Assembly (NCBI GenBank): GCA_051362555.1
Contig: JBPQGU010000013.1
Location: 310,001 to 374,000, forward strand
Direction of reading: 5' to 3'
Length of the DNA stretch: 64,000 nucleotides
DNA from: Lingula anatina
Taxonomy: Eukaryota; Animalia; Brachiopoda
The translations under genes and the position numbers were made by a program. Below are positions 1 through 21,330 of this stretch, in pieces (position 1 is the first letter of the stretch; each line of letters starts with the position of its first letter). Under the pieces are notes generated by a model. The model worked only from the letters and a program-made list of their open reading frames with translations. It was not told the origin of the DNA and searched no databases.

Positions 1-536
1 CTCCTTGCGCGAGATGTGCTGCATGATGTTGTCTGGGCTGACGCCAGCGCCCTGTAGTTGTAGTTGGCCCAGCTTGGCATCTCGAAGTGCTGCCAGATCA
101 TCTGCGTCCCACTCAAAAATGCAGGCAGACAACTTCTTCATGAAGACGGCGTATAGTGGGTGGCTTTCCGTGGTGACACAGGAGGCGAACCTGCGCATGA
201 AGTGCCACACGTCCAGTCGCACCACCAGATGGGGCCAGCCAGCAAACAGCTTCTTGACATTGCAGGGACCGGAGGTGGAGCAGCAGTCCCTGTCAACATA
301 CATCACCTTGGGTGGAGGCTGTTCACTGAGCTGGTACCGCCTCACGAGGCCCTGGGCCATCTTGGTCAGGCCAGCTCCCTCCTGAGCAGTGAGTACTGAG
401 GTCAGTACCTGGCCGTGTTCATTGCCCACGTTGGTGCACCAGGCAGCTGAGCCTGCAGCCTCTCCTGCCAGCTTTTTGGCTACCTGAAAAACGGAGGGGG
501 GAAATATGACACTTAATACATTTTCTTAAAGAAATT

Positions 537-568
<32 letters not shown>

Positions 569-2886
569 TTTGTTGTTTTGTTTTCAAAACTGTTCACTGT
601 ACAAAGTTTAAGAGAGCAAATCAGAACAAAAACTGTACATACCTTTTTGGTGGAGTCCATCTTCAAGACGGATCCAAAGGTGGAGGTCACCTTGGCTTTG
701 ATCTCATCAAGCCTCAACAACACGTCACGGACCAGCACAGTTTGTAGCCATGCTGGCCCCGGGAGTCTTTCAAAGGGTAACGGCTGAAGAGGACTTGTTC
801 TCTGCACAAGGGATGAGCTGGCAAACTTGTCTACAACTGAGAGGAAATTGGCTACCCTGCTTAGCCAATCCCTGGTGTGCTGCTCACACAGTTGCTTACT
901 CAGCCGAGTAGTGCTGTTCCCAAGAGATCGCTCTCTCAGGAGAGAAACTACCCGGGTAGAGCAAGAGTACCTGCAACAAAGAATCAAGAACAGAATAAGT
1001 TATAAATGTAAAGACAGAGTTATTTTGTCCGCTGAAATAGATTTTCAAATGAACTGATATTAAATGCAAGAATTCCATAAATTAAAAAAAGAAAAAAAAA
1101 GAAAAGTTTTGAAATTACCTGTATGTGAGCAGTGCTGGAAATTTCCCCCTTGTCGCCACGTCCAGCTGTTGGAGGATTTCCCCACTCCAACCCGCATACT
1201 TCTTGTGACAGGCGCCGCACTCCAGGTACTCAGTGCCCATGTAAAAGTAGCCATCGATGTCAAGGACGCGGCGGACAGTCTTGAAGAAACCGCAGGATGT
1301 TAACTGGCGACCCTTGCATGATGGCACAGAGCAAGACAGCTGAGCCCTGAACATGCGGCGTGGCATCCAGAGGAAGAAGGGGTGGGTGAAGAAAGGCCCT
1401 GCTGTTCTAGGGGGCTGGGCGTGGACCAGTCTGGGTGATGGTGGGTGCCACCACAGCTGCAGCTCTTGCTTCAGTTGGCCCCGGCGGGTGGTAAACAAGG
1501 CACGGGAAACCCACTGTGCTTCATGTGGTGGCAGGCTGGCCTTCCATGACAGAGGGATCAGATCAGTGTCATCCACGGGCACTGGAACAAGTGAAGAGCA
1601 ATAAGTACAAAATAATAGAGGGGGAAACCTGAAATAAAAGAAAATCATGAACATATATCACACTTTACAAGAGCTGACATACTTTCTCATTACTTTTAAA
1701 AATTACTCATTCTTACTTATCATGTATCTTCTGCATTGGAGGTTATTAAAAGTAACAGATTAATCACTGCTTGGACTTTGTTTACTTTATGGTCAATAGT
1801 TATCATTTAAATACATCCTCATATCTTTAACCTTATCACCCACAAACAAAAAAAAGTTATTGCATGTTCAGCTCTTTTATGCTAATCTACAGGCAATACA
1901 AACACCAACCACCTCACAGTAAGGAACCCACAGTAATGCAGAAAAAAAAAAAAAGGAAAGCGAAAAAGCGAAAAAGAAAACAAAACCAAAGTGCTGCTGC
2001 TGCTGCTGTGCTGTCACCTTCCAAAACATATAAAAAGAAAACACACCACATGCTACAAGTGTCAGTGAATAAGCCACGTGTGCATTAATAATAAATAAAA
2101 CAATAAAACTCTGAAAGCTTGATTTCAAACTCACCAACACCTGTCCTCCAAAGACTGTGAAAAGAAAACAGGTACAAGAACAATAGAACACTCTTAATGT
2201 TTTACATTCTGTTTTACACTATTTTCTTTCATTACACTTTGCGCGATTAATTTTATAAAAAATCTTAAAATTCACAATCTAAGCTGTGCAGATTTTCATG
2301 AAGGAATTCTTCTTGTCATCATCACCTTGGCAGGAGGGCTGGGGCGGTATGTGATATGTCACAGACAAAACACTTAATGTAAGGTCAGCAGCTAGGAGTT
2401 AACTTTTTGCTCACTGAAAATTGACTGGTTAATTTCCAAATTGAATTGACTGGTTAATTTCCAAATTGAATCCCAGCTGTGACCTCAAATTGTTCATGGA
2501 AAAGAAACAAAAAGTCTTTACCTGAATCTGGCAGGGAGCTCTGCCTTTTGGTCTCCTGTTGGGGTATGGTGTCAGGAGCGGCAGCTGTACTGGTGCCAGC
2601 ACCAGCTGAGGCAGGGACAGGTAGCTCTGGGCGTTCCAAGTCGCTCACTTCCTCAGGGTCTACGGCTGTCGCTTTAAATGAACAAAATTAGAATATACTG
2701 AAGTAAAAGTGGCAACAACTGTAAAAAGATGTTAGAAAGCTACTCTTAAAACAAGGGTCCTTACGTCAATGAAATTACCATGAATTACATTTACCTCTGG
2801 TGGTGGGTTTAGGTTTCTTGGCAACGGCGGTGTTGGTGCTGTCTGGGGCAGGAAGGGGGGCGTCCACCACTTCCACATCCTCAGAC
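1..2886 (-). mobile_element. Spliced putative DDE transposase gene (DUF6729-like Cys-rich domain plus D..D..DxxH core), 3' part beyond window edge
   Basis: Phase-compatible GT-AG exons 1119-1581, 643-970 and 1-483; less certain Pro/Ala-rich upstream exons near 2522-2670 and 2797-2886. Translation includes FFLWMPRRMFRAQLSC..C..LTSCGFFKTVRRVLDIDGYFYMGTEYLECGAC, FGSVLKMDSTKKVAKKLAG, VMYVDRDCC and RLDVWHFMRR. Family name is from recall; no terminus identified. Confidence 0.6.
2419..2470. repeat. 25-bp perfect tandem duplication (aattgactggttaatttccaaattg x2)
   Basis: Seen directly in an intron of the transposase-like gene. Confidence 0.85.
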
Positions 2887-3479
2887 TTAAAATATATCAC
2901 AGTATTTGTTCAAATTTATACATGGTTTTGTCTCACACCTGCAGTCAAATAGACTTACCAGAATTATTTCCCTAAAGTGCCACAAGTAATTAGATATGAC
3001 TTAAGATTATTATTGAAATATTTGCAGGCATTTGCATCTTACCTTGGCTTAAATATTTCTAAAGTTAATCCCTGCTAAAGTCCTAATTTATTTAGTGAAA
3101 TGTCAGTAAATTGGTCAGAGTGACTTGGAGAAATAGTTGAGAAATGTAGCAGTTACTGTGTTCAAAACATCTCAGTGCCCTGAATTATTGAATATGCTTC
3201 ATTCTTGGCCAAAAAAAAAAAAAAAGAAAAAAAGGAGTAAATATCTCATTAAACATGAAGATTTGTGCAAGTACTATTGCTATTGAACTGGGAGATTTGA
3301 TTTTATAGTTAACTGTAGTATATTTTATTGGTTGATGATAAAAAAGTAAAAAGAATAATTACAACATTTTCATTAAATACTATGGTTTCCAATGAATGTG
3401 GTAAATATGCCAGGAAGGCGCAACAAATAAATAAGTGTCTGTCAGCTTTAATTTTTTTTCATCTTCTTCTCTCTCACAG

Positions 3480-4023
3480 CACAGGGAGCCAGTGTTTAAG
3501 ACACCTATGACTTTCAGTCCTCGTTTGGTAGGAGAGCAGGCAAGACCATCCCCATCCAGAGTTGATGTGTGGAGGGAACAGCTAGGCTTAGATGGTAAGG
3601 AAAGGCTAAATAAACCTGTACATGTACTGTTATGTCCTTAAAAAGCTTATAATGTTACTTTTGTTCGAGAAAAAATTGATCTTGATAGTCTAACATTGAA
3701 ATAGAACCACATATGTTTTATCACAAATTTCACTGTTTGGAAATTTGTCAATATTTGGGGTTCATATCTTATCAGAGGAGTATAAAAAGTTGTAAAAAGT
3801 TCAGTTTATCAGTGTGATTTATGCTTTTGGTATGGCTTTATTTTTTCTACTTATTTATCATTTGAAAATACACAATTTATATTTGAATAATTTGATAAAA
3901 ATGCTATTATATTGCTGACATTGTATTTCTCTGTTCTGTGCCCAGATGACCCGTATGGATGTAATGGTCAGCCGGACATGCCCAGCTCTGATGAAGAAGA
4001 AGTAGAGCAGTATCAGCCACAGG
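3480..4023 (+). CDS. Two orphan coding-like exons (3480-3594, 3946-4023 or 4073), product unknown; possibly N-terminal exons of the kinesin gene
   Basis: Polypyrimidine-AG acceptors and GTAAG/GTGAG donors; a phase-1 join gives HREPVFKTPMTFSPRLVGEQARPSPSRVDVWREQLGLD-DDPYGCNGQPDMPSSDEEEVEQYQPQ. Confidence 0.5.
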
Positions 4024-4166
4024 GTGAGCAAGTCCACTCAGCCATCTGGGGCTGGTTTTACTGGAAGTCTAAAGTAAGTTTTGGGGCTTACATCTTTGCC
4101 TGATAGAGGACTAAATTTTTTTTAATAGTATCAGAGATCTGAATGTCCTTTGTCTGTATATCAAGT

Positions 4167-6110
4167 TTATTGTACCACCAGCGTAGGCGCTGGCGGTACA
4201 CATGGTTTTAGTCCCGACCCGCATGTTCCACCGGCTCCGTTGGCTCCGCCGGCTCCTCTGGCTCCGTCGCCATCTCACCATTACCGCTGCTCCTCCTAGA
4301 CGGTAAGGGCCTCCGTACCCATCTCTTGGATTTAGGTCACCTATAATCTCAACTCGTTCCACGTAAAATTTGGGCTTTGTCGGTGCTGGGGTCTAGGTGT
4401 GGCACTCATTACAATACACCCTTGTCCAAAAATGGCAAAATTACATGCTAATTATCTCCCCTACGGAAGGAATTATGGGAAACATTTCTACAGACAGCTT
4501 TCCAAAAGTCATAAGATATCGAAACTGAAAACTGTCTCTAATTCGGGAACCGTTAATGCTAGACATCCATTCTTTTTTGCATTTTGTAGAGCATGTGAAG
4601 CCCAACACTGAACGTGGTCTCTGTTTTTTTTGTATTCCATACGGTTTTCGAGTTACGCTGTATCAAAAAGTACATATTGGTGGTGAAAGCAAAATGTGCA
4701 GTACGGTAATGGATAATAAATTTTGAACTCCGGAAAAATAAAACATAAGGCTTGGCAAAGCAGACAACTTGTGGTCAAAAATGACATTATTTCATCAAAT
4801 TTGAACATCTGGAACTTCAGAGCACCTCCCATTTCAAGAATTTTGACCAAAACGACCTTTTCTTTATTTTAATTAATTTTTTCTGTAGGAAATTTATGGC
4901 ACATTATGGTAACTCCACAATTATAACATTTAGTCCCTTATATCTCCAAAACTGGCAGAGATAGGTCCATAGTTACTATTGAAGTTGAATAGGAAGTCAT
5001 ATACTGGCAATCTGAATGTGACCTTAAAATTGACCTTTGACCTACTTTTCACCATGAACTGAACTTTGCAAATTTTGCTTCCTTTTTATCTCCAAAACTG
5101 GCAGAGATAGGTCCATAGTTTCTATTGAACTTGAATAGGAAGTCATATACTGGCAATCTTAACGTGACCTTAAAATTGGCCTTTGACCTACTTTTCACCA
5201 TGAACTGAACTTTGCAAATTTTGCTTCCCTTTTATCTCCAAAACTGGCAGAGATAGGTCCATAGTCTCTATTGAAGTTGAATAGGAAGTCATATACTGGC
5301 AATCTACATGTGACCTTAAAATTGACCTTTGACCTACTTTTCACCATGAACTGAACTTTGCATATTTTGCTTCCCTTTTATCTCCAAAACTGGCAGAGAT
5401 AGGTCCATAGTTTCTATTGAAGTTGAATAGGAAGTCATATACTGGCAATCTAAATGTGACCTTAAAATTGACCTTTGACCTACTTTTCACCATGAACTGA
5501 ACTTTGCAAATTTTGCTTCCCTTTTATCTCCAAAACTGGCAGAGATAGGCCCATAGTCTCTATTGAACTTGAATAGGAAGTCATATACTGGCAATCTACA
5601 TGTGACCTTAAAATTGACCTTTGACCTACTTTTCACCATGAACTGAACTTTGCAAATTTTGAGTCCCTTTTATCTCCAAAACTGGCAGAGATAGGTCCAT
5701 AGTCTCTATTGAAGTTGAATAGGAAGTCATATACTGGCAATCTAAATGTGACCTTAAAATTGACCTTTGACCTACTTTTCACCATGAACTGAACTTTGCA
5801 AATTTTGAGTCCCTTTTATCTCCAAAACTGGCAGAGATAGGTCCATAGTCTCTATTGAAGTTGAATAGGAAGTCATATACTGGCAATCTAAATGTGACCT
5901 TAAAATTGACCTTTGACCTACTTTTCACCATGAACTGAACTTTGCAAATTTTGCTTCCCTTTTATCTCCAACGTTACGCTGTATCAAAAAGTACATATTG
6001 GTGGTGAAAGCAAAATGTGCAGTACGGTAATGGATAATAAATTTTGAACTCCGGAAAAATAAAACATAAGGCTTGGCAAAGCAGACAACTTGTGGTCAAA
6101 AATGACATTA
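4167..6110 (+). mobile_element. Non-autonomous Helentron/HINE-like element, copy 1, with internal 146-bp array
   Basis: T-rich start, hairpin gtaccaccagcg-tagg-cgctggcggtac, GGCTCC-type microsatellite, then tandem repeats containing TGACCTT motifs. This matches the described layout of HINE/DINE-1-like elements. Confidence 0.6.
4941..5971. repeat. 146-bp tandem repeat, 7 copies
   Basis: tatctccaaaactggcagagatagg... recurs at 4941, 5087, 5233, 5379, 5525, 5671, 5817 and partially at 5963. Confidence 0.95.
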
Positions 6111-7325
6111 TTAGTACCACCAGCGTGTAAGCTGGCGGTACTCATGGTTTTAGTCCCGACCCGTCTCGTACAGCTCCGCCGGCTCCTGCGGCTCCTGCGG
6201 CTCCTGCGGCTCCGCAGGATGACGTGGGATACGAGTCACCGTTACCGCTTCTCCTCCTAGACCGCAAGGACCTGTGTCCCCATCTCTTGGATTTAGGTCA
6301 CATATAATCTCAACTTGAACCCCCAGGTTTTTTTGTCTCAGTTGGTGCATTGACCTGGGCGTGACGCTCGTTGAAATGCACCCTTGTCAAAAATTTTGAA
6401 AATTCAATGCTAAATATCTCCCAAACCGATGGAATTATGGGAAAAATTACAACAGATGGCTGACCAAAAGTCATATGTGAGGATTTCAAATATGCCCTTG
6501 GATTTGACCTTTGACCTTTATTTCAAGGTCAAACAGGCCAAAATTTTCTAAAAATGGGAATTTTTTGCGAGAAAATTATTATTTCAGCCGATATTTAGAA
6601 ACGAAACATATCTTACCTATAATATTATGGGCAGGTGTTACCCTTAGGGTCATCTTTCATTTTCGTGAATTTGGGGTCAATCGGTGCATTTTCATGGTAG
6701 TAGCGGCCATTAGATGCCGAAACTGAAAATTCTCTCTAATTCTGGAACCGTTAATGCTAGAGACCTCTTGTTTTTTGCATTTTGTAGAACTTGTCAAGGG
6801 CAGCACTGGGGGTGGTGTCCATTTTTTTTGTTTTTGATACGGCTTAGGCATTGCACTAATCAAAAAGTTCAACATCCAAAATTCAGTGGTGAAAATAAAA
6901 TGTGAATTACTCAAAAATTAGCAGAGATAAGCCCTTAGTTACTATTGAACTTGAATAGGAAGTCATATACTGATAATCTAACTGTGACCTTGAAATTGAC
7001 CTTTGACCTACTTTTCACCATGAACTGAACTTTGCAAAAATTATCTCCCTTATATCTCGAAAACTGGCAGAGATACACCCATAGTTACTATTGAACCTGA
7101 ACAGGAAGTCATATACTGGCAATCTAACTGTGACCTTGAAATTAACCTTTGACCTACTTTTTATGATGAACTATACTTTGCATGTTTTCTGGCCTCTTTA
7201 TCTACAAAATTAGCAAGGAGATACCCATAGTTACTATTTAACTTGAATAGGAAATCATATACCATGAACTGACCTTTGCATATTTTCTTGCCCCTCATAT
7301 CTTCAAAACTAGCAGAGATATGCTC
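6107..7325 (+). mobile_element. Second diverged HINE-like copy with degenerate 146-bp units (~6920-7320)
   Basis: Same head (gtaccaccagcg...gctggcggtac, catggttttagtcccgacccg), (ggctcctgc)n, colinear similarity to 4167-4720, and about 2.5 diverged repeat units. Confidence 0.65.
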
Positions 7326-7408
7326 AGTGTTGCCCTTACGTTTTCTCTTTTGTCAGCATATATGCAACACTGATAACACATTTCAAGGAAAACCAATAGG
7401 CCTATTGT

Positions 7409-9067
7409 CTGGAGTGGCAGTATGACATCACAGTCAGTATAATGGAGATCTACAATGAAATGATCAGGTAAAGTGTGACATCACAGTCAGTGTGATGGAG
7501 ATCTACAATGAAATGATCGGGTAAAGTGTGACATCACAGTCAGTGTGATGGAGATCTTCAATGAAATGATCAGGTAAAGTGTGACATCACAGTCAGTGTG
7601 ATGGAGATCTACAATGAAATGATCAGGTAAAGTGTGACATCACAGTCAGTGTGATGGAGATCTACAATGAAATGATCAGGTAATGTGTGACATCACAGTC
7701 AGTGTGATGGAGATCTACAATTGATCAGGTAAAGTTGTGATGTCACAGTCAGTGTGATGGAGATGTACAATGAAATGATCAGTTAAAGTGTGACATCACA
7801 GTCAGTGTGATGGAGATCTACAATGAAATGATCGGGTAAAGTGTGACATCACAGTCAGTGTGATGGAGATCTACAATGAAATGATCAGGTAAAGTGTGAC
7901 ATCACAGTCAGTGTGATGGAGATCTACAATGAAATGATCAGGTAAAGTGTGACATCACAGTCAGTGTGATGGAGATCTACAATGAAATGATCAGGTAAAG
8001 TGTGATGTCACAGTCAGTTTGATGGAGATCTACAGTAGCACTACTATTTTCTGGTAATTGACTGATAAATTATGCGTTGGAGTATAGTAAAAAACATTGG
8101 TCTGGATTTATCTGGAATTTAGCAGTAAGATTTATTTCATTGATCATATATGTCATCTAGCTCCTTAAATATGATACTTTACATAGGCACGACTCTAGAA
8201 CAATATCAGTAATTAAATATATTATATAAAATCCATGTTAAATATTTATATAAATTAAAAAGTATATATAATTAATGTGATATAAATATGAATTTTATTA
8301 AATATCAGATACTTGTTGAGTTCTTAGCCCATCTATGAAACAGATGTAAAGACGATCAGTCCCAAATCTGGTAGATAACAGTATAACATACAATATGATT
8401 TTAATGTTATCAACCCCCAGAGACCTTTTGAGTTCTGACCCCAGCTACAAGATGGAGGTGAAGATGAGCCCCGAGGGGGGTCTGTATGTCCCAGGGCTGA
8501 CCACCATCAGGGTCCAGTCTGTGGAGGACATTAATGAGGTGAGGACATCGACTAAGTTACCATGCCAACATGATATAAGGTGCTTTGGTCACACATTTAT
8601 GGAATTGCAATCTGTACAAACATAAGCACGTGCTCGTCCATATATTTTGGTATATTGTCCTTCTGACTGAAAAGACTAAAATTTATTGGCATGCACATAT
8701 AGACAGATGGACAGCACGCACACGTGCACACACACTCGCATGCACTGTTTTAAATGAAATGTGTGCATGGATTGGAAAAGTTGGTTATCGATCTTTAAAA
8801 GCATCAAAATGACAATTAAAAATGTGTATATTATAGTATTTCACACCAGTACTTTGCCATCTTCATCAATAGCAGACAGCCTGTTGTTTTAAAAGACTTC
8901 CTGTGAGAGTGTATATCTTGTTCCTTTCAGACCTTTGCCCTAGGACACAGGAACAGAGCAACAGCATGCACGAACATGAATGAGCACTCCTCACTCCTCC
9001 CGCTCGCATGCTCTGCTCTGTGTGAACGTGATTGGGAGGAACAAAACTACTGGAGCCAAGACTGTGG
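7409..9067 (+). pseudogene. KIFC3: Kinesin-14 (KIFC3-like) motor domain fragment: exons ~7409-7467, 8421-8538, 8931-9067
   Basis: Spliced translation LEWQYDITVSIMEIYNEMIR-DLLSSDPSYKMEVKMSPEGGLYVPGLTTIRVQSVEDINE-TFALGHRNRATACTNMNEHSS[fs]RSHALLCVNV. A 7-bp duplication at 8985-8998 frameshifts switch I; no P-loop or DLAGSE exon was found nearby. Confidence 0.8.
7423..8034 (+). repeat. 53-bp minisatellite, ~11.5 copies, made of the kinesin exon end plus its splice donor
   Basis: Unit tgacatcacagtcagtgtgatggagatctacaatgaaatgatcag|gtaaagtg. Confidence 0.95.
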
Positions 9068-9134
9068 GTGAGTAGAAATGGTAAAATCAATAAAAATAGA
9101 TAAAACAATCCTTTATTTCAGATACACAGCTCTG

Positions 9135-9685
9135 TTTTTTTTATGTACAGACACAGATGTGTCTGTACATATTTCCATCACCTGCGTCTGTCGTCGCCAG
9201 CGCCGTGCACTTTCCTTGTAAACACGATAAGTGGAAGGCAGTTTTACTTTTTGGCTTTATATTTACAGAGCTGATGAATATTCATAAAACGCAGGTCAAG
9301 TTCGAAAATCAGCATGATCGGGTCATTATTGTAGAAGTTATGCTGTTTTTTCACTTTTCAGCATATATGCAACACTGTAAACACATTTCAAGGAAAACCG
9401 ATAGGCCTGTTGTCATGAAACTTACAGGTGTAATCGATCTTACTAAAACGCAGGTCAAGTTAAAAAAATTGGCATGATCGGGCCACAATTTTAGTAGTTA
9501 TGCTCTTTTTTTTTTCACTTTTCAGCATATATGCAACACTGTAAACACAATATAAGAAAAACAGATAGGCCAATTGTCATTAAACTCACAGGAGTGGTCA
9601 ATCCTGTTAAAACGCAGGTTGAGTTAAAAAAATCAGCATAAACGGGCCATTATTTTAGAAGTTATGCTGTTTTTTCACATTTCCT
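9135..9685 (+). mobile_element. HINE-like element (second family) with degenerate ~160-bp internal repeats
   Basis: Poly-T, perfect 12-bp hairpin atgtacagacac-agat-gtgtctgtacat, GTC-type microsatellite remnant, three aaacgcaggt-anchored units (~9287, 9446, 9609). Related sequence at 7335-7409 and 18201-18385. Confidence 0.6.
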
Positions 9686-10077
9686 CAGATTCAATTCTTA
9701 GGCATGTTAACAGTTTCATTATTTAATTAATAAGATATGTAAAAGTGTTTGTTTGACATTTCCTGCATCTTTACAACATTGTTAGTTGATTTTGTAAAAA
9801 TGATGGTAAACTTGTTGTCGTGTATTATGTAATAAAGTTTCAAAAATGGAAATAAACTCATATCATTGCAGTTTGTCACATTCAATCATTCACTATGTTC
9901 AGAATCTCAGAATGGAAGAAATTGGACATTTAACACTGCTCTATTGATATTTTTCCCATCTCATCAATTTTCTTAGTTGATCATATAAAAACGGTAGTAA
10001 ACTGTTAATTTTGTTTTATGTTAGAAATTGTTAAAACTGGAAAAAAAAAACATTTTGATGTCTTGTTTACATTTTGG

Positions 10078-10375
10078 CATTTTCAAGTTGTGACTTTGAA
10101 GTTCCATCAGCCTGAAGACCTTTGCTAGTCACATTTTCTGAATATCCATAATACTAATATTTTATTATTAAAATTGATGATCATTATGCTGTTAAACATT
10201 ATGTAATATTGCATCAAAATTTGAAAAAAAAAACTATTTTGGGCACTGCTCCCATGATGACCATTTAAGAAAAAACATGTCACTTACTGTTCTCAAACTT
10301 ACAGGAAAGAAACATGGGACTAAAATACAGCTTCAGTAGGCAATGCAGTCTGTCTGGTAATTCTTACTGCCAGTT

Positions 10376-10410
<35 letters not shown>

Positions 10411-10720
10411 TGAAAATTTAATTTTTCACATATTTTCAAGGTGTGACTTTGAAGTTCCACGGGCTTGAAGACCCATGCTAGTCACATTTTCTGAAAATCC
10501 ATGATACGTATATTTTATTATTAAAAATTAACAGTCATTATGCTGTTAACCATTATGTAATATGGCATCAGAATAGAAGAAAACACAATTTTGGGTGCTG
10601 CTGCCATGATGACCATTATGGGAAAACCATGTTACTTATGATTGCCAAACTTTCAAAAAAGAAATACAGGACTAAAATGCAGCCTGAGTTGGAAAAACAG
10701 TCTAATTGGCTTCTTTTTCT
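10078..10720. repeat. Diverged ~352-bp tandem duplication separated by a poly-T tract
   Basis: ttttcaag.tgtgactttgaagttcca...gctagtcacattttctgaa...ggactaaaat occurs at ~10080 and ~10433. Confidence 0.8.
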
Positions 10721-11199
10721 GGAAGTTATATATTTTCAAAGTGTGAACTTGTTACACATTTTACTTACATTGGTATTACCTGTTGAGCATAATTAAAATT
10801 TGATGTTGAATTTGCAGTTTAACATAATGTACTTTCGCATCAGAATTGACAGTAGCCTATTTTGTGCATAGTTATTTCCTGTTTTTTGTCTGTACATTTG
10901 ACAGCTTTGCTGCCTTGTTTTAAAATTAGATTGCAAATTACCTGAGCTTATAAATGGTATAAATTACACATTGCTAAAAGAGAGATTTGAAAGGGATGTC
11001 ATATATGCGACCTGTGATCAGGCTGGTCACAGTTTTGCCAGCACTGCAGCTAGACAGTGGTTACTGTGGCACCCCTGGCGCATTGTGATATGTATACCTA
11101 TTATAGATTGCATTAATTCTGAAAAAATAATTTGATATTTCTCCTTATAGTTATTATGACTTTCTGAACACAAATATGCCCTTTTTTAGGAAACTCTGC

Positions 11200-11221
11200 T
11201 TCTCTCTCTCCCTCCCCTCTA

Positions 11222-11257
<36 letters not shown>
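11200..11257. repeat. (CT)n microsatellite
   Basis: Seen directly. Confidence 0.9.
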
Positions 11258-11261
<4 letters not shown>

Positions 11262-11714
11262 GAAATTGGAATATTCCAAGTGCATTATGTCTGATATTCC
11301 CATCATGATATGCATATTATAATATTTAAAATGCCTGATTGCCAATATTGTAACTTATCATACTCGTTATATAATAAATAATCATAACAATAATGTTCAT
11401 TTGCAACCAAAATACCAGTAGTCAGATTGTAAAACTATTAATTGTTATATTCACTTGATAAGAATAAGATAAATAAAATTGTTAATTGTTTTTAAAAAGT
11501 GCTTAGGTGAAATAAAACATTTATTATTTATTTAACTATATTTATTGATGGTAAAATGGTAGGTCTATGTAAACTTTATCTTCTCCGGGGCCCTCATGAG
11601 GCTAGTAAAAGTACACAAATAAAACCTCCATTAAATTAGTGAAAAATATAAAGTATTGTATTGACTAATAAATCATACATTGTCCAAATTGTTTCCATTG
11701 TCTAAAGACAGTAA

Positions 11715-20169
<8,455 letters not shown>

Positions 20170-21330
20170 GGAAGATGACAAAAATAACAAATGAAACGTG
20201 GCAGAATAAGACATCCTTTTCTGTAAGGGAAAGGAGGTAAAAGAACCCTGAAGGAATGACGAAATTGTAAAAGAGAGTTGAAAACATATGGCTTTTATTT
20301 TTATTTTATTTATTTATTTATTTATTTATTTATTAGGAATGTTAGTTTTCAGCTAATATGCATATGCAAAGAGGATGACCATTAAAACTGGTTCAGAAAA
20401 ATGTATATAAGTGCATAAGGTTATTTTGTACAAAAGAAAAAAAAAAGTGCAGAAGTGACATTTTCAACTACATTCTGATGGTAGTGCTGAAGACATTGAA
20501 AGCAAAATGTGACTACTGTATATGTCATTATGTATATAAAAGTACACAATACCTGCAAAGCCTCAAGGATATACAATACAGCAGTACATATTATATATGC
20601 TGGTCTGTAAAATAAAATATTCCAGGTAAATTAGGTGAGTGGCAGTCATGCTTTAGTCTTTTTGTCTGGTTTTTGGTAAGATTTATTGGTTATTTAATCT
20701 GCAGTGTGATATTTTAAAGAAGAACTTAATAGTAACACAGTTCAAAAGTTTATTTGTAAGCAAACAGGGCATTAAATTAAACGTTGTCTGTTTACAAACT
20801 TAAAGGAAGTCATTTTACATTGAAGTGTTTGGTTTAGATACAGATCAAAAAGGGCGCACGTATTTTGAATATGTAAACAAGATTTAGATAAAATGCAAGT
20901 TTGAAATGGTTGGTCATTTAGTTTGAAAATTGTAATATCCTATTCTCTGAAAAGAGAAGAGTCTGGTGTCAATGCAGCTGTTGTAATAATTAATTCATTA
21001 TGAGTATAATATGATTTTGACTAGAAACCAGATAGTTCTCCATTTTCCCCTGATGAACATGGTATATTTAAAGTACAGAAAACCACAAATGGGATAGTTT
21101 ATATCTTACTGGCTATAAGAATCGGAGGTAGAAATATATATATAAATGGATGTACCATTTATTGCAAGCACAGGTACCTATCGTACCACATGTATGTGAG
21201 CGTTTTCAGGATTTTGGCTGTCAGTGTGAGTACATTAAATTGGAGAAAATAGACATAGATAGACAAAGCTCTTTATTTGACTGTCTCAGTAGATATTCAG
21301 AAGTTTAAATTTAAGATTGTCCAAAGGCGA

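Noticed and set aside
5-1604. Plus-strand ORFs of 60-126 aa
   Set aside because: Antisense shadows of the minus-strand transposase-like exons.
4941-8034. CRISPR-like array
   Set aside because: Units are contiguous with no unique spacers, there are no cas genes, and the context is eukaryotic.
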